DNA of 64,000 nt, from assembly GCA_012295275.1 (NCBI GenBank), contig CM022674.1, positions 9,982,001-10,046,000 on the forward strand, written 5' to 3'. Shown here one piece after another: positions 25,942 through 42,000 of the stretch; within the stretch, counting starts at the first letter, position 1; every line of letters begins with the position of its first letter. The notes beneath the pieces were generated by a model. The model had not been told where the DNA came from. It did not search any database and worked only from the letters and a program-made list of their open reading frames with translations. Source of the stretch: Chrysomallon squamiferum. Taxonomy: Eukaryota; Animalia; Mollusca. The translations under genes were made by a program, and so were the position numbers.

Positions 25942-28900
25942 GTATCATCACAGTTATCACATTATCTCAATAGTTGTACATAATGACACTGTATTTCACT
26001 ATTAGGAGAATGCATCTTTAAAAGAAATTCTACCTAATTATTAAACTGATGTAATGGTAAATTAAAAAAATAAATTAAAAAAAGAAAGAAATCAGCGTAA
26101 TTAAAACAATGCTAAAGAAAGTATGTGAGAGTTACCAGGGCTGTTTGTACACAGTGACAAAACAGTAGACCTGGCCAGCAATCTGAACAGCAAGGTGAAT
26201 AATCAGTGAGAGAATGGGACCAGCAGACAGCAGACTTGTGTTTGGCATCTCCTTCACCAACCTCGGGAATGCTTCTGTTCTACCAACTGTAATAAACAGA
26301 GAATACACATTATACATATACTTCATTCTGTACACATTACCCACCTACTTCATTCTGTACAAATTACCCACCTACTTCATTCTGTACAAATTACCCACCT
26401 ACTTCATTCTGTACACATTACCCACCTACTTCATTCTGTACACATTATACATGTACTTCATTCTGTACACATTACCCACCTACTTCATTCTGTACAATTA
26501 CAGATATTTCATTCTGTACACATTACACAGATATTTCATTCTGTACACATTACACAGATATTTCATTCTGTACGCATTACAGATATTTTATTCTGTACAA
26601 ATTACAGATATTTCATTCTGTACAGGTTACAGATATTTCATTCTGTACACGTTATACAGATATTTTATTCTGTACAAATTACACAGATATTTCATTCTGT
26701 ACAAATTACACATATATTTCATTATGTACACATCACAGATATTTCATTCTGTACATGTTACAGATATTTCTCTGTACACGTTATACAGATATTTCATTAT
26801 GTACACATTATACAGATATTTCATTATGTACACATTACACAGATATTTCATTATGTACACATCACAGATATTTCATTCTGTACACATTATACACCTACTT
26901 CATTCTGTACACATTACCCACCTACTTCATTCTGTACACATTATACATTTCATTCTGTACACATTACACATTTCATTCTGTACACATTATACACCTACTT
27001 CATTCTGTACACATTATACATGTACTTCATTCTGTACACATTACCCACCTACTTCATTCTGTACAATTACAGATATTTCATTCTGTACACATTATACAGA
27101 TATTTCATTATGTACACATTATACAGATATTTCATTATGTACACATTACACAGATATTTCATTATGTACACATCACAGATATTTCATTCTGTACACATTA
27201 TACACCTACTTCATTCTGTACACATTACCCACCTACTTCATTCTGTACACATTATACATTTCATTCTGTACACATTACACATTTCATTCTGTACACATTA
27301 TACACCTACTTCATTCTGTACACATTATACAGATATTTCATTCTGTACACATTACACAGATATTTCATTCTTTATACATTACACACCTACTTCATTCTGT
27401 ACACATTTTACATCTACTTCATTCTGCACACATACATCTACTTCATGCTGTACATACATCTACTTCATGCTGTACACATACACATTACTTTCTTGTGTAA
27501 ACATACCTCTACTTCATTCTATACAAATTATACATCAACTTTTCTCTACTTCTTTCTATATATATTATACATCTACTTCATTCTGTACACTTTATAGATC
27601 TACTTTATGTACATATTATACTCATTCTTTGTGGTTTACTCACAAATATGAAAACAAATCTGTATTATTATTTAAATTATTATCTCTTTTTTCGTTGTTG
27701 TTTTTTTGTTTAACTAATAACTGATATGAACTTACATGTTATACTCAAGCTGGTGATAGTGAACAGGTCAATGTAAAGGAATTCATAATCTGTAAGATTA
27801 GCTCCAATCTGAAAAGAAGAGAACAGACGCAAATATTATAATCAAGAAGAAATTACTCAGTACAAGAAGAGAACAGAAACAAACTGTTATGATCAAGAGA
27901 AAATTATCCAAAACAACAGTACAGACACAAACTGTGTTATAATCAAGAGATAATTATTACCCAGAACAAATGTACAGACAAAAACTGGGTTGTGATCAAG
28001 AGCTAATTACCCAGTACAAGAGGAGTACAGACACAAACTGTGTTAGACTGTAACTAGCCATGAACTTGAAGATTCCAAACGAAGTTACTAGTGCACACCT
28101 TCCTTCTCTGAAACAAAATAACATACTTAAATTAATTCATACATATAGTTGTACATTTTAATCTATTAAATCTTTGGTAAACTTGGCAACAAAGTTAAAA
28201 AAATCCAATAATAAGAACTGGCATAGTAATTACATAATAAATACATGATGTGTTTCTATTTGTGCATGCCTGCAGTCCTGTATGTGTGATATGGTTGATA
28301 TGGTTAGAAGTACATTCAAGTACAGCAGTGTGTTATTAGAAGTGCTACTAAGAAACAATAACTTACTTGATAACTGTAGGCACACATTCTATGGTTGGAA
28401 CTTTTGAAGTGAAAGGAGATGCTACAGATGCTTCTGCCTCCGATAATGAAATTCCAGCATGAGCCATTTTCAGAGCTCCACAATCATTGGCACCATCACC
28501 ACACATACCAACGTAGTACCTGTTCAAGCATAGATATAATATACAACTCTAACCATTAAATTACATCATTAACCTAGTCTCAGCTTTACATTTTACATGA
28601 ATGAGGATATCAAGAGCTAGACCATCTTAATTATTTTTAGAAAAACTAACAAAAACCAATATAAAAGGAAATAAATAAAAAATGTTTAGAGACTTTGTTG
28701 TTAACTTAAATGCAATACATTTTTTCTGAATGTTACAAGGATATCCTCAGCTAAGACACACTAATTAATTTTAGATTTAGAAAAACAAGCAAGTACACAT
28801 ACATGAATAATATTAGAGATGTCTTTTTATGTCAAAGTTATAAGGATACCCACAGACTGGACGTCATACTTTTAGAAAAACAAACAAGAACAGATCTATG

Positions 28901-30527
28901 AATATTGTTAGAGATGTTTTTATGTTAAAGGTAAACATGTTATATTGTTTATAAATAAAAATTCAAAACATTATATCAAACCCTAAAATCTGCAAGACTT
29001 CCACAAGCTGAGCTTTCTGTTCTGGCCCCATTCGAGCATACACTGTCCCTCTTACCACTATCTGAAATAACATCAGAACTCTGCAATAACAACACCATTA
29101 CATAACACCTGCTCTGTAACAGCATTATTTCATAATAATTTAAATATTCTTTTAATAGTATATGCAGTAACAAAATCAAGTAAAACACTTGAAATAACAA
29201 CATCTAATAAAACTTAGAATAACGCTTTGTAATAATTACAGTATCATTTAATAATGCTAACTAATACCATTTAATATTTACAATAACAAAATCATTTAAT
29301 ATATTTACAGAATACATTTGCAGTGGTAATATACTTAATTATACTTTAAACAATACATTTTAACATTAATTACCAGAATAACATAAACAATAAGTAATTT
29401 AATAAACAGACAAATAACAATCAATCAAAATCCAGTATCACTTTCAAACCCTAGGGGTTGTTTTCTTAATTATTATTATTCCTGAAGGGCACTCAGCATT
29501 GATTGATTCATTTATCTGTTCATTATATTCTTCTAATTGTGAAACAAACTGAGCAGTGTGCTGGGATACAAGGCAGAAGTAACTGGCTAGTGACTACCTT
29601 TGAGAGAACATCTGGCATGTATCGTCTGATCACCTCCCATGACTTGCCAGTCAGGGCAAAGTGAAAGCTTTGACTATCTTCATCAATTCTGATTGACATA
29701 CCAGACTTTAAGAAAATAATTAAAAATTAAATATATTAAAGTCATAATTTTTATTCTCAGAAATCTCAAATGGTATATAGATATATATATATCAGCTTCA
29801 ATTTTTAAAAATATTTATACTGGCATTTGCATTTAATTTTTTTTATAGAGAAAATGAATTAAAATGTTATGAAATATTTTTAGCTAATAGAGTTTAGATA
29901 GATCAACAAGACCTTTTGCCAAGGATTGTTTTTGAGATAACAAACTGAAAGAGTTCTACATACAGAACAGTACTAGATAGAGAGGTTAATTAAATATCTA
30001 AACTACAGCATATTATCTGCCAGTCTTACAGTAAACAATGAACGCTAAACATTGAAAAAAATAGTCTACTGTTTTACAACAGAAGATTGTGTGTGTGTGT
30101 GTGTGTGTGTTGTGTTTTAGTGTAAGAGTTACGACAGAAATCTTAGCAAACCTGATCAGTGTGAGTATAAATATATATGTATATTATACTAATATTTTAT
30201 TTCTTCATAATTACATCAATTTGGTTCTCAACCTGAATTCACTAAGGGAACACCTTGATAAACATGAAGTATTTATGGATATAAATTATGGCTCACCATA
30301 GTGGTAACTTCTTCTACTTTTGATTCACTGTCGTCTGCATACACAAACTCTATCTCAGGTTGAGATTTTGAATCCTGTGGTGGGTACGCCTGTACCAGAA
30401 TGATCCTGTCAGTCTTGTCCACCATCCCACACTCTCTGGCCACACTCATAGCAGTTAACATGTTGTCTCCTGATTAAAACACACACATTTTGAATAACTA
30501 ACTAATCAACTAACTTATAAATAAATA

Positions 30528-30580
<53 letters not shown>

Positions 30581-30631
30581 TTTCTTACAATTTATTTACA
30601 TTTTGTTTATGTCTACAAACAATCAAACGAT

Positions 30632-30663
<32 letters not shown>

Positions 30664-30672
30664 AATAAATAA

Positions 30673-30718
<46 letters not shown>

Positions 30719-33384
30719 AAAAAAAAAAAAAAAAATTTAAAAAGTATAAAAAAATAAACTGAAAGTAATGATAAAAAAATTCAGAAAATATGACAACAGA
30801 ATAACACACCGGTGACCATCATACTTCTGATGTTAGCCTCTCTAAGAACCTGAATGACAGGTGTAGTTTCCGGCTTCAAACAGTTCTCCATGATCAGCAG
30901 ACCAAGAAAATTCAAGTCTTTTTCCACCTGGTCCCTACAACATGCAGTATGAATATGATGTAATATGCGAAATTCTTTAAAAAATCCAGTTGCTTAAACA
31001 TATAAAGCTGTACTCTCTTAAAGTGATTTGTGTCAAAATTTAATACAGAAAGATTAACTTCAGAGATCAGACTGAATTTCCAATTTTTTGTTTAATTTTT
31101 TTTTTATTGTTTGTTTTTTGACAATATTAATAAATATATCATCTTGCAAACATTAAAAAGCTAAGTTTTTACCTTGTAATCCTCTGTGCCTTCACATAGT
31201 TCAGTTTAGGTGACAGTGGCTTCCAGGCAAGGGCAATCACTCTGTAGCCATGCTGTGTGTAACTCATCAACAGTTCGTGGAAGTTGGTCGGTACTAAAAT
31301 TGATTGTTACATTATTTAATCTTCATCATAGTAACCTTGTTATGGGTCCTAAAGTATCTCATGTTACTTAGTGTGGTATGAGTGCAATCAAATGGATAAT
31401 ATTAGTTAATGAAAAATGTTTTCCTGCTTGCATGTGAGTAATATACAGAATTATTATCATGTTAATTACAAAACAATCAGCACTACTTGTTTATATCAAA
31501 CACAACTGCAAAATAATTGTGAAGAGAGAACTGATTAGATATCCTTTAGTTTCCAAAACATACATCTAATGTTTTTCATTATAACTGAAGTTTGTAACTA
31601 TTAACATATATTATATATGTATTTGAAAACCAGATTTAGACACAATGAAGAACTGACCTGTTTCTGGTTTTGACAAACTTGAAATCATTTCAGGCGATCC
31701 TTTAACATAGAGATCAAAGTTAGAGGCACCATGTTTTCGGGTGATCACTGACATTCTCTGAAGACTTGAGGAAAATGTGAACTGCCTGACAATTCCTATC
31801 TCTTCGCCACTGGGCTCCTGCATCACATAACTCTCAACTACAATCCACTCATTTTCTCAATAAAGTATCAATCACAAACATGGAACATTTGCTTTTTTTG
31901 GAGTGTTCATGTTTTTCTTCATTTTATTATTTATTTTTAGAATTAAGTACAAATGGGATTCTGGTTCTATAATGACTTATTTCAGTATGCCAGAATAACA
32001 AATTATTACCACAACAGATTTTACATATTAATTTAACAAATACATTTTCTTTTTGCTTGTTAAGAACATTATTTTTGAATTAAAAATCCATATATAGTTT
32101 AATTATTCCATTAACATAATTAACACAATCTCACATCAAACTGTAAAAATAATTTTACATAGAAATCACACTGACAAAAACTAAATTTATACAAATATGG
32201 TAAAACAAACCTGGCTGTCAATAGAGACTTGTGATGCACTAAACTTTTTGTTTCTGGGATAAACGATGGTGGGAACCATCATGTCAAATCGTGTTTCCTC
32301 CTGTCCTGGTTCTTCCAAAATCTGAGTGAGAACCATATTATTATAAGAACAGAAATGTGTATATCTGAAGTATCAATATTAAGAATACACAAAGAGGTAC
32401 AATTAATATTTAACATTTTAAATATCGGTATTTTGGGGAATAACAATATATGAGAGATTCTCTGCTAGAAGCAGATGCTATACTTTTATGAGCAACCAAC
32501 TAGGAATCTTTTACATGCATCACCAGAGCTATTTTAACTGTCCAGAATTTTACATATATAAAAACTTAAGTACCAAATTCTTCTTGCTTTGCCATACTGT
32601 CATGTCTGAAAGGTCAGTTGCCACCAACCCCTCCTGGATCACAGATGCTTACGAACAAAAAGGGTTGACTTTTTATAAATATTTTTAAGAAGAATGATGA
32701 ATGTTGTGGTGGATGAATATATAAATGTAAATAAGAATAAATTATTTATAGTCTGATGAATGGATAAAAATGTAAATAACAATAACCTGTTTCTCCTGTT
32801 TTTTTAAAAGCAAATTAACGAAATTTAGAGTGTGAAGAGATGTCACCTAGCACCTACCCAGTCTACTGATTCAAACATAACCAGATCAAGAGGGTCTCCC
32901 AACAGTTTTCCTTCAATCTTGGTCAAAGAATGGCAAGTTACCATAGCATACAGAAGAGGACCAGGTGGTATGAGCCTTATATTTCTAACTTGTTCCTGAA
33001 ATCTAATATAATTTTTAATTTATCTACTGTTACATTACAAAATAATTCTTGGATAACATTCTAACAATAATAATATTAGTAAGTATGAATTTATGAAATG
33101 TTTTCAAACTGGAGAAATAAATAGGAAAATGCAGTATTCTGCTTTTTATTTAAAAATAAAAGTTACTATATATCCAAGAAAAAGGACAATGTGTTTGGAC
33201 AGGAGTGGTCTTTCTGAATAACTAGTTTATCAGTTTAAAACACACATATAAAAACCAATGTTTTTTCTAACTAGTTACCTCTGGTTGTTCACTGGCACAA
33301 CTCCCTGCATGTCAAGACCTTCTTCTGTCAGTGTTCCTGTCTGTTTATCAACCAAATCAAAACTTTCATTAAACAAAATTCTTA

Positions 33385-33446
<62 letters not shown>

Positions 33447-35997
33447 TTCTTATTGTTATTGTTATTATACAAGTGTCTAGTTATGGTCCTGGAGTTTTTA
33501 ATTATCCATAATATTTTATTTGTTGTGAACAGTATTCCAACAAATTTTGTGCGATATGTTTCTATTTGAAATGTATCATTGAAAATGCCATGAATACAAA
33601 TCTTCCCATTCATTTAGTCTTGATGTGCTTAAATTACAAGGGTTACGTTTTAAAACTTATGAATGAAAATATTAAATGCAGACAGTAATTAAAACATATA
33701 GTACAATTCTAAATACTGAAGTAATAAATTGCTTCAGATGTAACAACCTTATCAAAACAAACTGCGTTAATGCTGCCACAGATGTTGATGCTGCGAGGGC
33801 TGATGCAGTATATTTTTAGTTTCTTCAGTCGACTCTGAGCAAAGACAATGCCGACAGCTAGAGCTGCAGGTAAGGCCGGTGGGACGGCAATGGTAACCAG
33901 ATCCATGGCACGCAGCACTATCTCCCCTGCACTCTCTCCAGACTGCACCTAAAATAACGTTTTCAGAAATGTGTATATTATTAGATTATTAACACAAATA
34001 CAAGTACTTCTGCCCTCTAACTGGTAGTTATCAAACTATAACACGTTGAGAACTTTGTCCAAACACTGAATTATGTTCTCAACATACCACTACAGGACAT
34101 GAGGCAAAAATTATGTCCATTTATGTTTCTGCTGTTTGTTTTATCAATCTGATGATAAACATACATTAAAAAAACACACCATTGAACATTTATACATTTT
34201 TACAAATTCTACATGCATATGACAATCATACGGAAAATGCATTTGATTTTAAAATAATAAATTGCAGGAACTATAATGTAGATTATGTGAATATCCTGTC
34301 ACATCCAAAGTATTTTTAATGACATGATTTTTTAAATTAATTCTATAATAGACAACTAATAATGTTAGTTACTTGAAAAAATAGATTTGTTTTAATAGTA
34401 ATCAGAAAAAATTTCAATTGCTGTAAGATTATATACATCCATGTTGAGCATTTTATTACATTACCATGATGACTACTGTGTAGATAAATCCAAGAGAAGC
34501 AATGAAAGCCAAAATACAAATAAAAAAGTAGGTTTGTCGATTGAAGCGGAAATCCACTGGTTTTGGATACAAAATGGATCGGACAAGATCTCCTTTAGAT
34601 GTGGAAAAACCTGAAAAAATTTATCTTTGACAGACACAAACAACAGAGTAGATAGAGGAATCAATGCATACAAATTAAAATAAGAGTAAAACAACATTCT
34701 TATAATATAAAATAATGCTGGTGACATATTTTTTTCTTTTAATATAAACTTATTAATTAAAACAGTGTAAAACAATTTTGAAACTAAGACCTTTCTGATA
34801 AAGGAAAACACTTTATAGTGTAAACTTATTGATTAAGATTTAAATCATTTTGAAAATAAAACATTTGTATTAAAACAGTAAATCTACTACAGTAATGTAA
34901 ACTGATTCTACTAATGAAAAATCTAATTAAATTACTTACCAGTTCTCAACACAACAGCTCTAACTTTGCAGTTTCCATAGTAACGTGTTTGAATGACATT
35001 AGTTCCAGAAAAGAGGATATTTTTGGAATGTTGTTTTAGATCAAACATAATTTCTTTATGGTCCCCAGTGATCAGTGGATTAGGTAGAGGTGTTTTAGTA
35101 ACAGGAACACTCTCACCTGAAAAACAAACCAAAAAAAGGTAACAATTGTTTTAAATGACTCTTAAAGAAAATGTATTGTTAAAAAATCATCAAATGGTAA
35201 AAAAAAAAATTAAATTAAAATAACGTTATGCCTTTTTTATTTTTTTATTCCTGATCAATTTTCAAATGATGTTGCTGAACATTATATACATACATATGTA
35301 TGTGTATGTATATAAAAATCTTAGTTTTGGGGGTATCTGTACACATTAAACCTTTATTATTAGTTTGTAACTTCATTAGTAAAGAAAAAAAATAACTAAA
35401 GCCATCAAAAACAATCTGAAAGGAAAAGATGCAGGTTTTGACATCACTGACCTGTGAGTGAACTCTCGTTGACTATGCAGTTGCCACTGATGAGAACAGC
35501 GTCACACTGCATCAGACAGCCATGAGAGGGAATCTCTACAACATCACCAGGAACAAGGTCCTCGGATGAAATGCTGTCATATTCTTAACAAAAATAATTT
35601 TTGAAAATGTACTAGACAAATGTTTAGAAAAAGAAATTTAAAACTGCTTAATAAAAATTGCTATATAATTAAATGAAATGTATTCAGAATACAAAATAAT
35701 TAGGTAAAACAAAAACATTCTGAAATTGTTTACAAAAAGTAATTCATAACAAAAAAGTTCAAACAGTAATAAACAAAATGAAAAATGCTGTAACAGCCAC
35801 CATTATACTGTCTTTTAATCAGTTACAAAATGTCAAACTTCTTCAAATTATTTAAAATAATTTTTTTATACTCTTCAAAATAAATGTTTACCAAGAAATA
35901 TTTCACTTGTTTATTCTGGAGTTTATAGCAGACAATCAAACAGAAATACAATTAGTGGTTAAAATATGATTGTTGCTTGCATATGAAAAGTATATTA

Positions 35998-36035
<38 letters not shown>

Positions 36036-39000
36036 TAGTGTCTATAATGTCTAAATAGTATTTAAATTTGAAATATATTCTGACTGAAATGTTATTTGTC
36101 TGTAGGATAATGCACGTTTGAACAAGGAAATTAATCAGTGCCGTTGTAGTATATTGTATAAAAGAAAATGAAAAAAAAAAAAATTGTTTACCATCAGGGT
36201 TTCCACGACATACTGTGACAATAGATGATAATGATGTGGTGTTTCTTAAAGCTCTTTGCATCTAAAATAAACAAGAAAATGTTTTAAAAGTTGTTTTAAT
36301 ATTGTTTTGATGATTCAAACACGATACAGCATCACTTTCATTAATTAAATTTTATTTCTCTTGTGTTTTCTTCAAAATAAAAATACACACATATGGCTGT
36401 AGCTACTGAGGCAAATGCCTCATACTGAAATTGAACATTTCTTTTTTTAAACAAAGATTTTATTTAAAAACTATGAAATATAAATCTCTACTGATATCCA
36501 CTGAATTAATTTATTGGTTTATGCCCCCAGACCCCTTGCCCCCATCTTTTTCACTCAGTGTTCAAGTGTTTCTGCCTCATTTCAAAACAAGTCTAGATAC
36601 AGCCATGATATATTTTATACATACATACATACATTCATGTGATGTTTACGTGTATGTGTTTTTGTGTTTGTGTGAATGCATACATATTTATAGATCATAT
36701 GATGAATTTTAAATGCTGAAAAATAAATATATTCGTACTTTTCTGGTTTGATAGATGGTAACAATGACTGATAATGATGAAATTGCAAGAATACAGGAGG
36801 CGTATATTATATATTCATCTGCAAACCACACACACATGCTGAACACTTGGAAGACGTAAAATGGAGACAGTGCCTGGCAAATATAAAGTTTGTAATATTA
36901 TTAAACATTTTAGTGTACAGCTTACAAATGTGTAAAGAGAGTTAATGTTTTTATTAAATACTTTATATTAAATACATCAGACAGATGTCAATATAAAAAT
37001 TAAACGACAGATTGTATTATCAACAATCTTTAATTCTATTCACTGCTAAATTTTTTGAAAGAAAAATAAGGCTCTAGAGTTGATGACACTTTACTGATTC
37101 ATGAGTAATGAAGATGATAAGTCTGAGGACAGAGATGATGAAAACAATACATTTAAGTACATTAAACAAAAATTTTACCTCTTTAAAAAGTAATACCAAT
37201 ATTGAAGTTACATGCACTCTGATAGAATTTAACCCATAGAGCAAACGTCTGAAAAATTAAAAAACATGCTCATAATTATTAAAAATGTTATTTATTATCT
37301 TTTTATACAATAATTTCATTAAAAAACAAAGTTGAAAATTTGTTTTCTGGGGTTTTTTATCTTCAAAATCAATGATTATAAGCAGATAATAGATTTTAGA
37401 AAGTAACAGACAACATTATAATGTTTGTTCCTGTATTGTAATAGAGTCAGTATGACCACATTAACATACAAACCGTCTTTCCTGCTGTCTGTAAGTAAGG
37501 CCTCTAAGTTTGTGAAAATAAGAACAAGGATAGTCAACTTCCAATCCCCTGAAAATAAAGAAATTAATATTATAATAACCATGTTAAAAAGGTCAAATTA
37601 CCTATCAAAACAGAAGAGCTAATAAAAATGTATGAAATGAAAATTAATTTTGCTCCTTGTTAAGGGGTAACCACAAAAATCAACCTGTTATTGATGCTGT
37701 TATGGACATGTTTAAATAAACTGTGAAAAATAACAATCAAGAATTTAAACTGTAAAAGAATACATTTACTTTATACGGCCTCTTGAAATTCCTGCTTCAT
37801 GTTAAGGGTGTGCAAAACTCCAGTGAAACAAGTTAAAAATAAATCCTGTACTCATTTAAAGATTCAATTTTCTGAATATGTCTGCTAAAGTAATTTTTAT
37901 TTCCAGTAAAAGTTGCAGATACCTAATTTATCTCAGTTGAATCATCCAATCTGTGATCAGTAACAAGGATAAATACAGTTGGTAACTTTGTTTCCATTTT
38001 TCTCAGACCATGTATTAAACCACTGTTTAGGTTTTATGCTAGTTATGCAATATTTGAAGCTAGGTATTATTTCATGTTTCATTTTGAACTAAATAAATAA
38101 ATTCCATTTTGTTTTGTTTCATTCTGAAAGTTTAAAAATCAATTTTGCACATCCTTAGACCATCTAAAAAAAGTCAACTAAAATGGTTAATTCCGTAATT
38201 CACACACTGATTGTTTAAAAATGAACTTCATTATTATTTCTTTTTTTTTTAAATCCATGTTTAATCAAATATAACAAATTATATTCTGTCCTGGTCCACT
38301 ACCTGAGCTTGACAAAGTGATCTTTTTCTACATCCCATATGTATTTTACTTTCTTCACAATAAAGTACTGATGGACTAAATCATTCTTCTAAAAAAAAAA
38401 TTATAAAAATTATAAATATTATAAAGAATTAAATAAATAAGATAAGTTATATTTAATGTTCAAAATTTAACTAGTGAAAATATAAAACATCATTTGAATT
38501 GTGAAAAATATATTAAAACTAACTATACTGTCAATTTCTGTTACATCTGTATAGTATATTTGCAAAATTATTTTTATGTAAAATCATTTGAAAATGTCAA
38601 ATTTGGTAACAACTGACTGATAAAAAACACAATAAAACAAGATGTTTATTATAATAATCATTTACAACAAAGAAATGTAAATTAAATTTTTTTTAAAATT
38701 GATAGGTCTTTGTTACCAAAATTTATCTCATCTCTCTTTCTTTCTCTGTAGGGCACAGGTAGAAAGAGTAGCATTTATTTCATATTACCTATCTTCAAGA
38801 CAGCAGAACTGACAAGGTCTAAAAAGTGTCATTTGTATTGTTTATTAGCATTAAAACGTGTTGTTTTTATTTGTTTTTTGGCAGTAAAAAGTGTTGTTTG
38901 TATTTGTTTAGTGGCAGTAAAAAATGTTGTTTGTATTTGCAGTAAAAAGTGATGTTTGTATTTGTTTATTAGCACAAAAGTGATGCTTTTATTTATATAC

Positions 39001-42000
39001 TGGCAGTAAAAACTGATGTTTGTATTTGTTAGCTCTAAAAAGTGATGTTTGTATTGTTTATTAGCTCTAAAAAGTGATGTTTGTATTTGTTTATTAGCTC
39101 TAAAAAGTGATGTCTGTATTTGTTTATTAGCTCTAAAAAGTGATGTTTGTATTGTTTATTAGCTCTAAAAAGTGATGTCTGTATTTGTTTACTGGCAGTA
39201 AAAAGTGATGTTTGTGTTGTTTATTAGCTCTAAAAAGTGATGTCTGTATTTGTTTACTGGCAGTAAAAAGTAATGTTTGTATTTGTTAGCTCTAAAAAGT
39301 GATGTTTGTATTGTTTATTAGCTCTAAAAAGTGATGTCTGTATTTGTTTATTAGCTCTAAAAAGTGATGTTTGTATTGTTTATTAGCTCTAAAAAGTGAT
39401 GTCTGTATTTGTTAGCTCTAAAAAGTGATGTTTGTGTTTGTTTATTAGCTCTAAAAAGTGATGTTTGTATTTGTTAGCTCTAAAAAGTGATGTTTGTATT
39501 GTTTATTAGCTCTAAAAACTGATGTTTGTATTTGTTAGCTCTAAAAAGTGATGTTTGTATTGTTTATTAGCTCTAAAAAGTGATGTCTGTATTTGTTTAC
39601 TGGCAGTAAAAAGTGATGTTTGTGTTGTTTATTAGCTCTAAAAAGTGATGTTTGTATTTGTTTATTAGCTCTAAAAAGTGATGTCTGTATTTGTTTACTG
39701 GCAGTAAAAACTGATGTTTGTATTGTTTATTAGCTCTAAGAAGTGATGTCTGTATTTGTTTACTGGCAGTAAAAAGTGATGTTTGTGTTGTTTATTAGCT
39801 CTAAAAAGTGATGTCTGTATTTGTTTATTAGCTCTAAAAAGTGATGTCTGTATTTGTTTATTAGCTCTAAAAAGTGATGTCTGTATTTGTTTATTAGCTC
39901 TAAAAAGTGATGTCTGTATTTGTTTATTAGCTCTAAAAAGTGATGTCTGTATTTGTTTATTAGCTCTAAAAAGTGATGTTTGTGTTGTTTATTAGCTCTA
40001 AAAAGTGATGTTTGTATTTGTTTATTAGCTCTAAAAAGTGATGTCTGTATTTGTTTACTGGCAGTAAAAACTGATGTTTGTGTTGTTTATTAGCTCTAAA
40101 AAGTGATGTCTGTATTTGTTTATTAGCTCTAAAAAGTGATGTCTGTATTTGTTTATTAGCTCTAAAAAGTGATGTCTGTATTTGTTTATTAGCTCTAAAA
40201 AGTGATGTCTGTATTTGTTTATTAGCTCTAAAAAGTGATGTCTGTATTTGTTTACTGGCAGTAAAAAGTGATGTTTGTGTTGTTTATTAGCTCTAAAAAG
40301 TGATGTTTGTATTTGTTTATTAGCTCTAAAAAGTGATGTCTGTATTTGTTTACTGGCAGTAAAAACTGATGTTTGTATTGTTTATTAGCTCTAAAAAGTG
40401 ATGTCTGTATTTGTTTACTGGCAGTAAAAACTGATGTTTGTGTTGTTTATTAGCTCTAAAAAGTGATGTCTGTATTTGTTTATTAGCTCTAAAAAGTGAT
40501 GTCTGTATTTGTTTATTAGCTCTAAAAAGTGATGTTTGTATTTGTTTATTAGCTCTAAAAAGTGATGTCTGTATTTGTTTACTGGCAGTAAAAACTGATG
40601 TTTGTATTTGTTTATTAGCTCTAAAAAGTGATGTTTGTGTTTATTAGCTCTAAAAAGTGATGTCTGTATTTGTTTACTGGCAGTAAAAAGTGATGTTTGT
40701 GTTTATTAGCTCTAAAAAGTGATGTCTGTATTTGTTTACTGGCAGTAAAAAGTGATGTTTGTGTTGTTTATTAGCTCTAAAAAGTGATGTCTGTATTTGT
40801 TTACTGGCAGTAAAAACTGATGTTTGTATTTGTTTATTAGCTCTAAAAAGTGATGTCTGTATTTGTTTACTGGCAGTAAAAAGTGATGTTTGTGTTGTTT
40901 ATTAGCTCTAAAAAGTGATGTTTGTATTTGTTTATTAGCTCTAAAAAGTGATGTCTGTATTTGTTTACTGGCAGTAAAAACTGATGTTTGTATTGTTTAT
41001 TAGCTCTAAAAAAGTGATGTCTGTATTTGTTTACTGGCAGTAAAAGTGATGTTTTTGTGTGATGTTGTATTTTATTAGCTCTAAAAAGTGATGTCTGTAT
41101 TTGTTTATTAGCTCTAAAAAGTGATGTCTGTATTTGTTTATTAGCTCTAAAAAGTGATGTCTGTATTTGTTTATTAGCTCTAAAAAGTGATGTCTGTATT
41201 TGTTTATTAGCTCTAAAAAGTGATGTCTGTATTTGTTTATTAGCTCTAAAAAGTGATGTTTGTATTTGTTTATTAGCTCTAAAAAAAGTTGATGTTTAAA
41301 AGTGATGTTTATTTGTTTATTAGCTCTAAAAAGTGATGTCTGTATTTGTTTACTGGCAGTAAAAACTGATGTTTGTGTTGTTTATTAGCTCTAAAAAGTG
41401 ATGTCTGTATTTGTTTATTAGCTCTAAAAAGTGATGTCTGTATTTGTTTATTAGCTCTAAAAAGTGATGTCTGTATTTGTTTATTAGCTCAAAAAAGTGA
41501 TGTCTGTATTTGTTTATTAGCTCTAAAAAGTGATGTCTGTATTTGTTTACTGGCAGTAAAAAGTGATGTTTGTGTTGTTTATTAGCTCTAAAAAGTGATG
41601 TTTGTATTTGTTTATTAGCTCTAAAAAGTGATGTCTGTATTTGTTTACTGGCAGTAAAAACTGATGTTTGTATTGTTTATTAGCTCTAAAAAGTGATGTC
41701 TGTATTTGTTTACTGGCAGTAAAAACTGATGTTTGTGTTGTTTATTAGCTCTAAAAAGTGATGTCTGTATTTGTTTATTAGCTCTAAAAAGTGATGTCTG
41801 TATTTGTTTATTAGCTCTAAAAAGTGATGTTTGTATTTGTTTATTAGCTCTAAAAAGTGATGTCTGTATTTGTTTACTGGCAGTAAAAACTGATGTTTGT
41901 ATTTGTTAGCTCTAAAAAGTGATGTCTGTATTTGTTTATTAGCTCTAAAAAGTGATGTCTGTATTTGTTTATTAGCTCTAAAAAGTGATGTTTGTATTGT

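Noticed and set aside
30233-30253. Possible 21-nt ATPase microexon (ag|GTGTTCCCTTAGTGAATTCAG|gt)
   Set aside because: It contains an in-frame TAG in the required phase and would leave a ~43-nt intron.
32694-32760. C/D-box-like TGATGA...CTGA motifs
   Set aside because: They are antisense to the host intron, with no terminal stem or recognisable guide.
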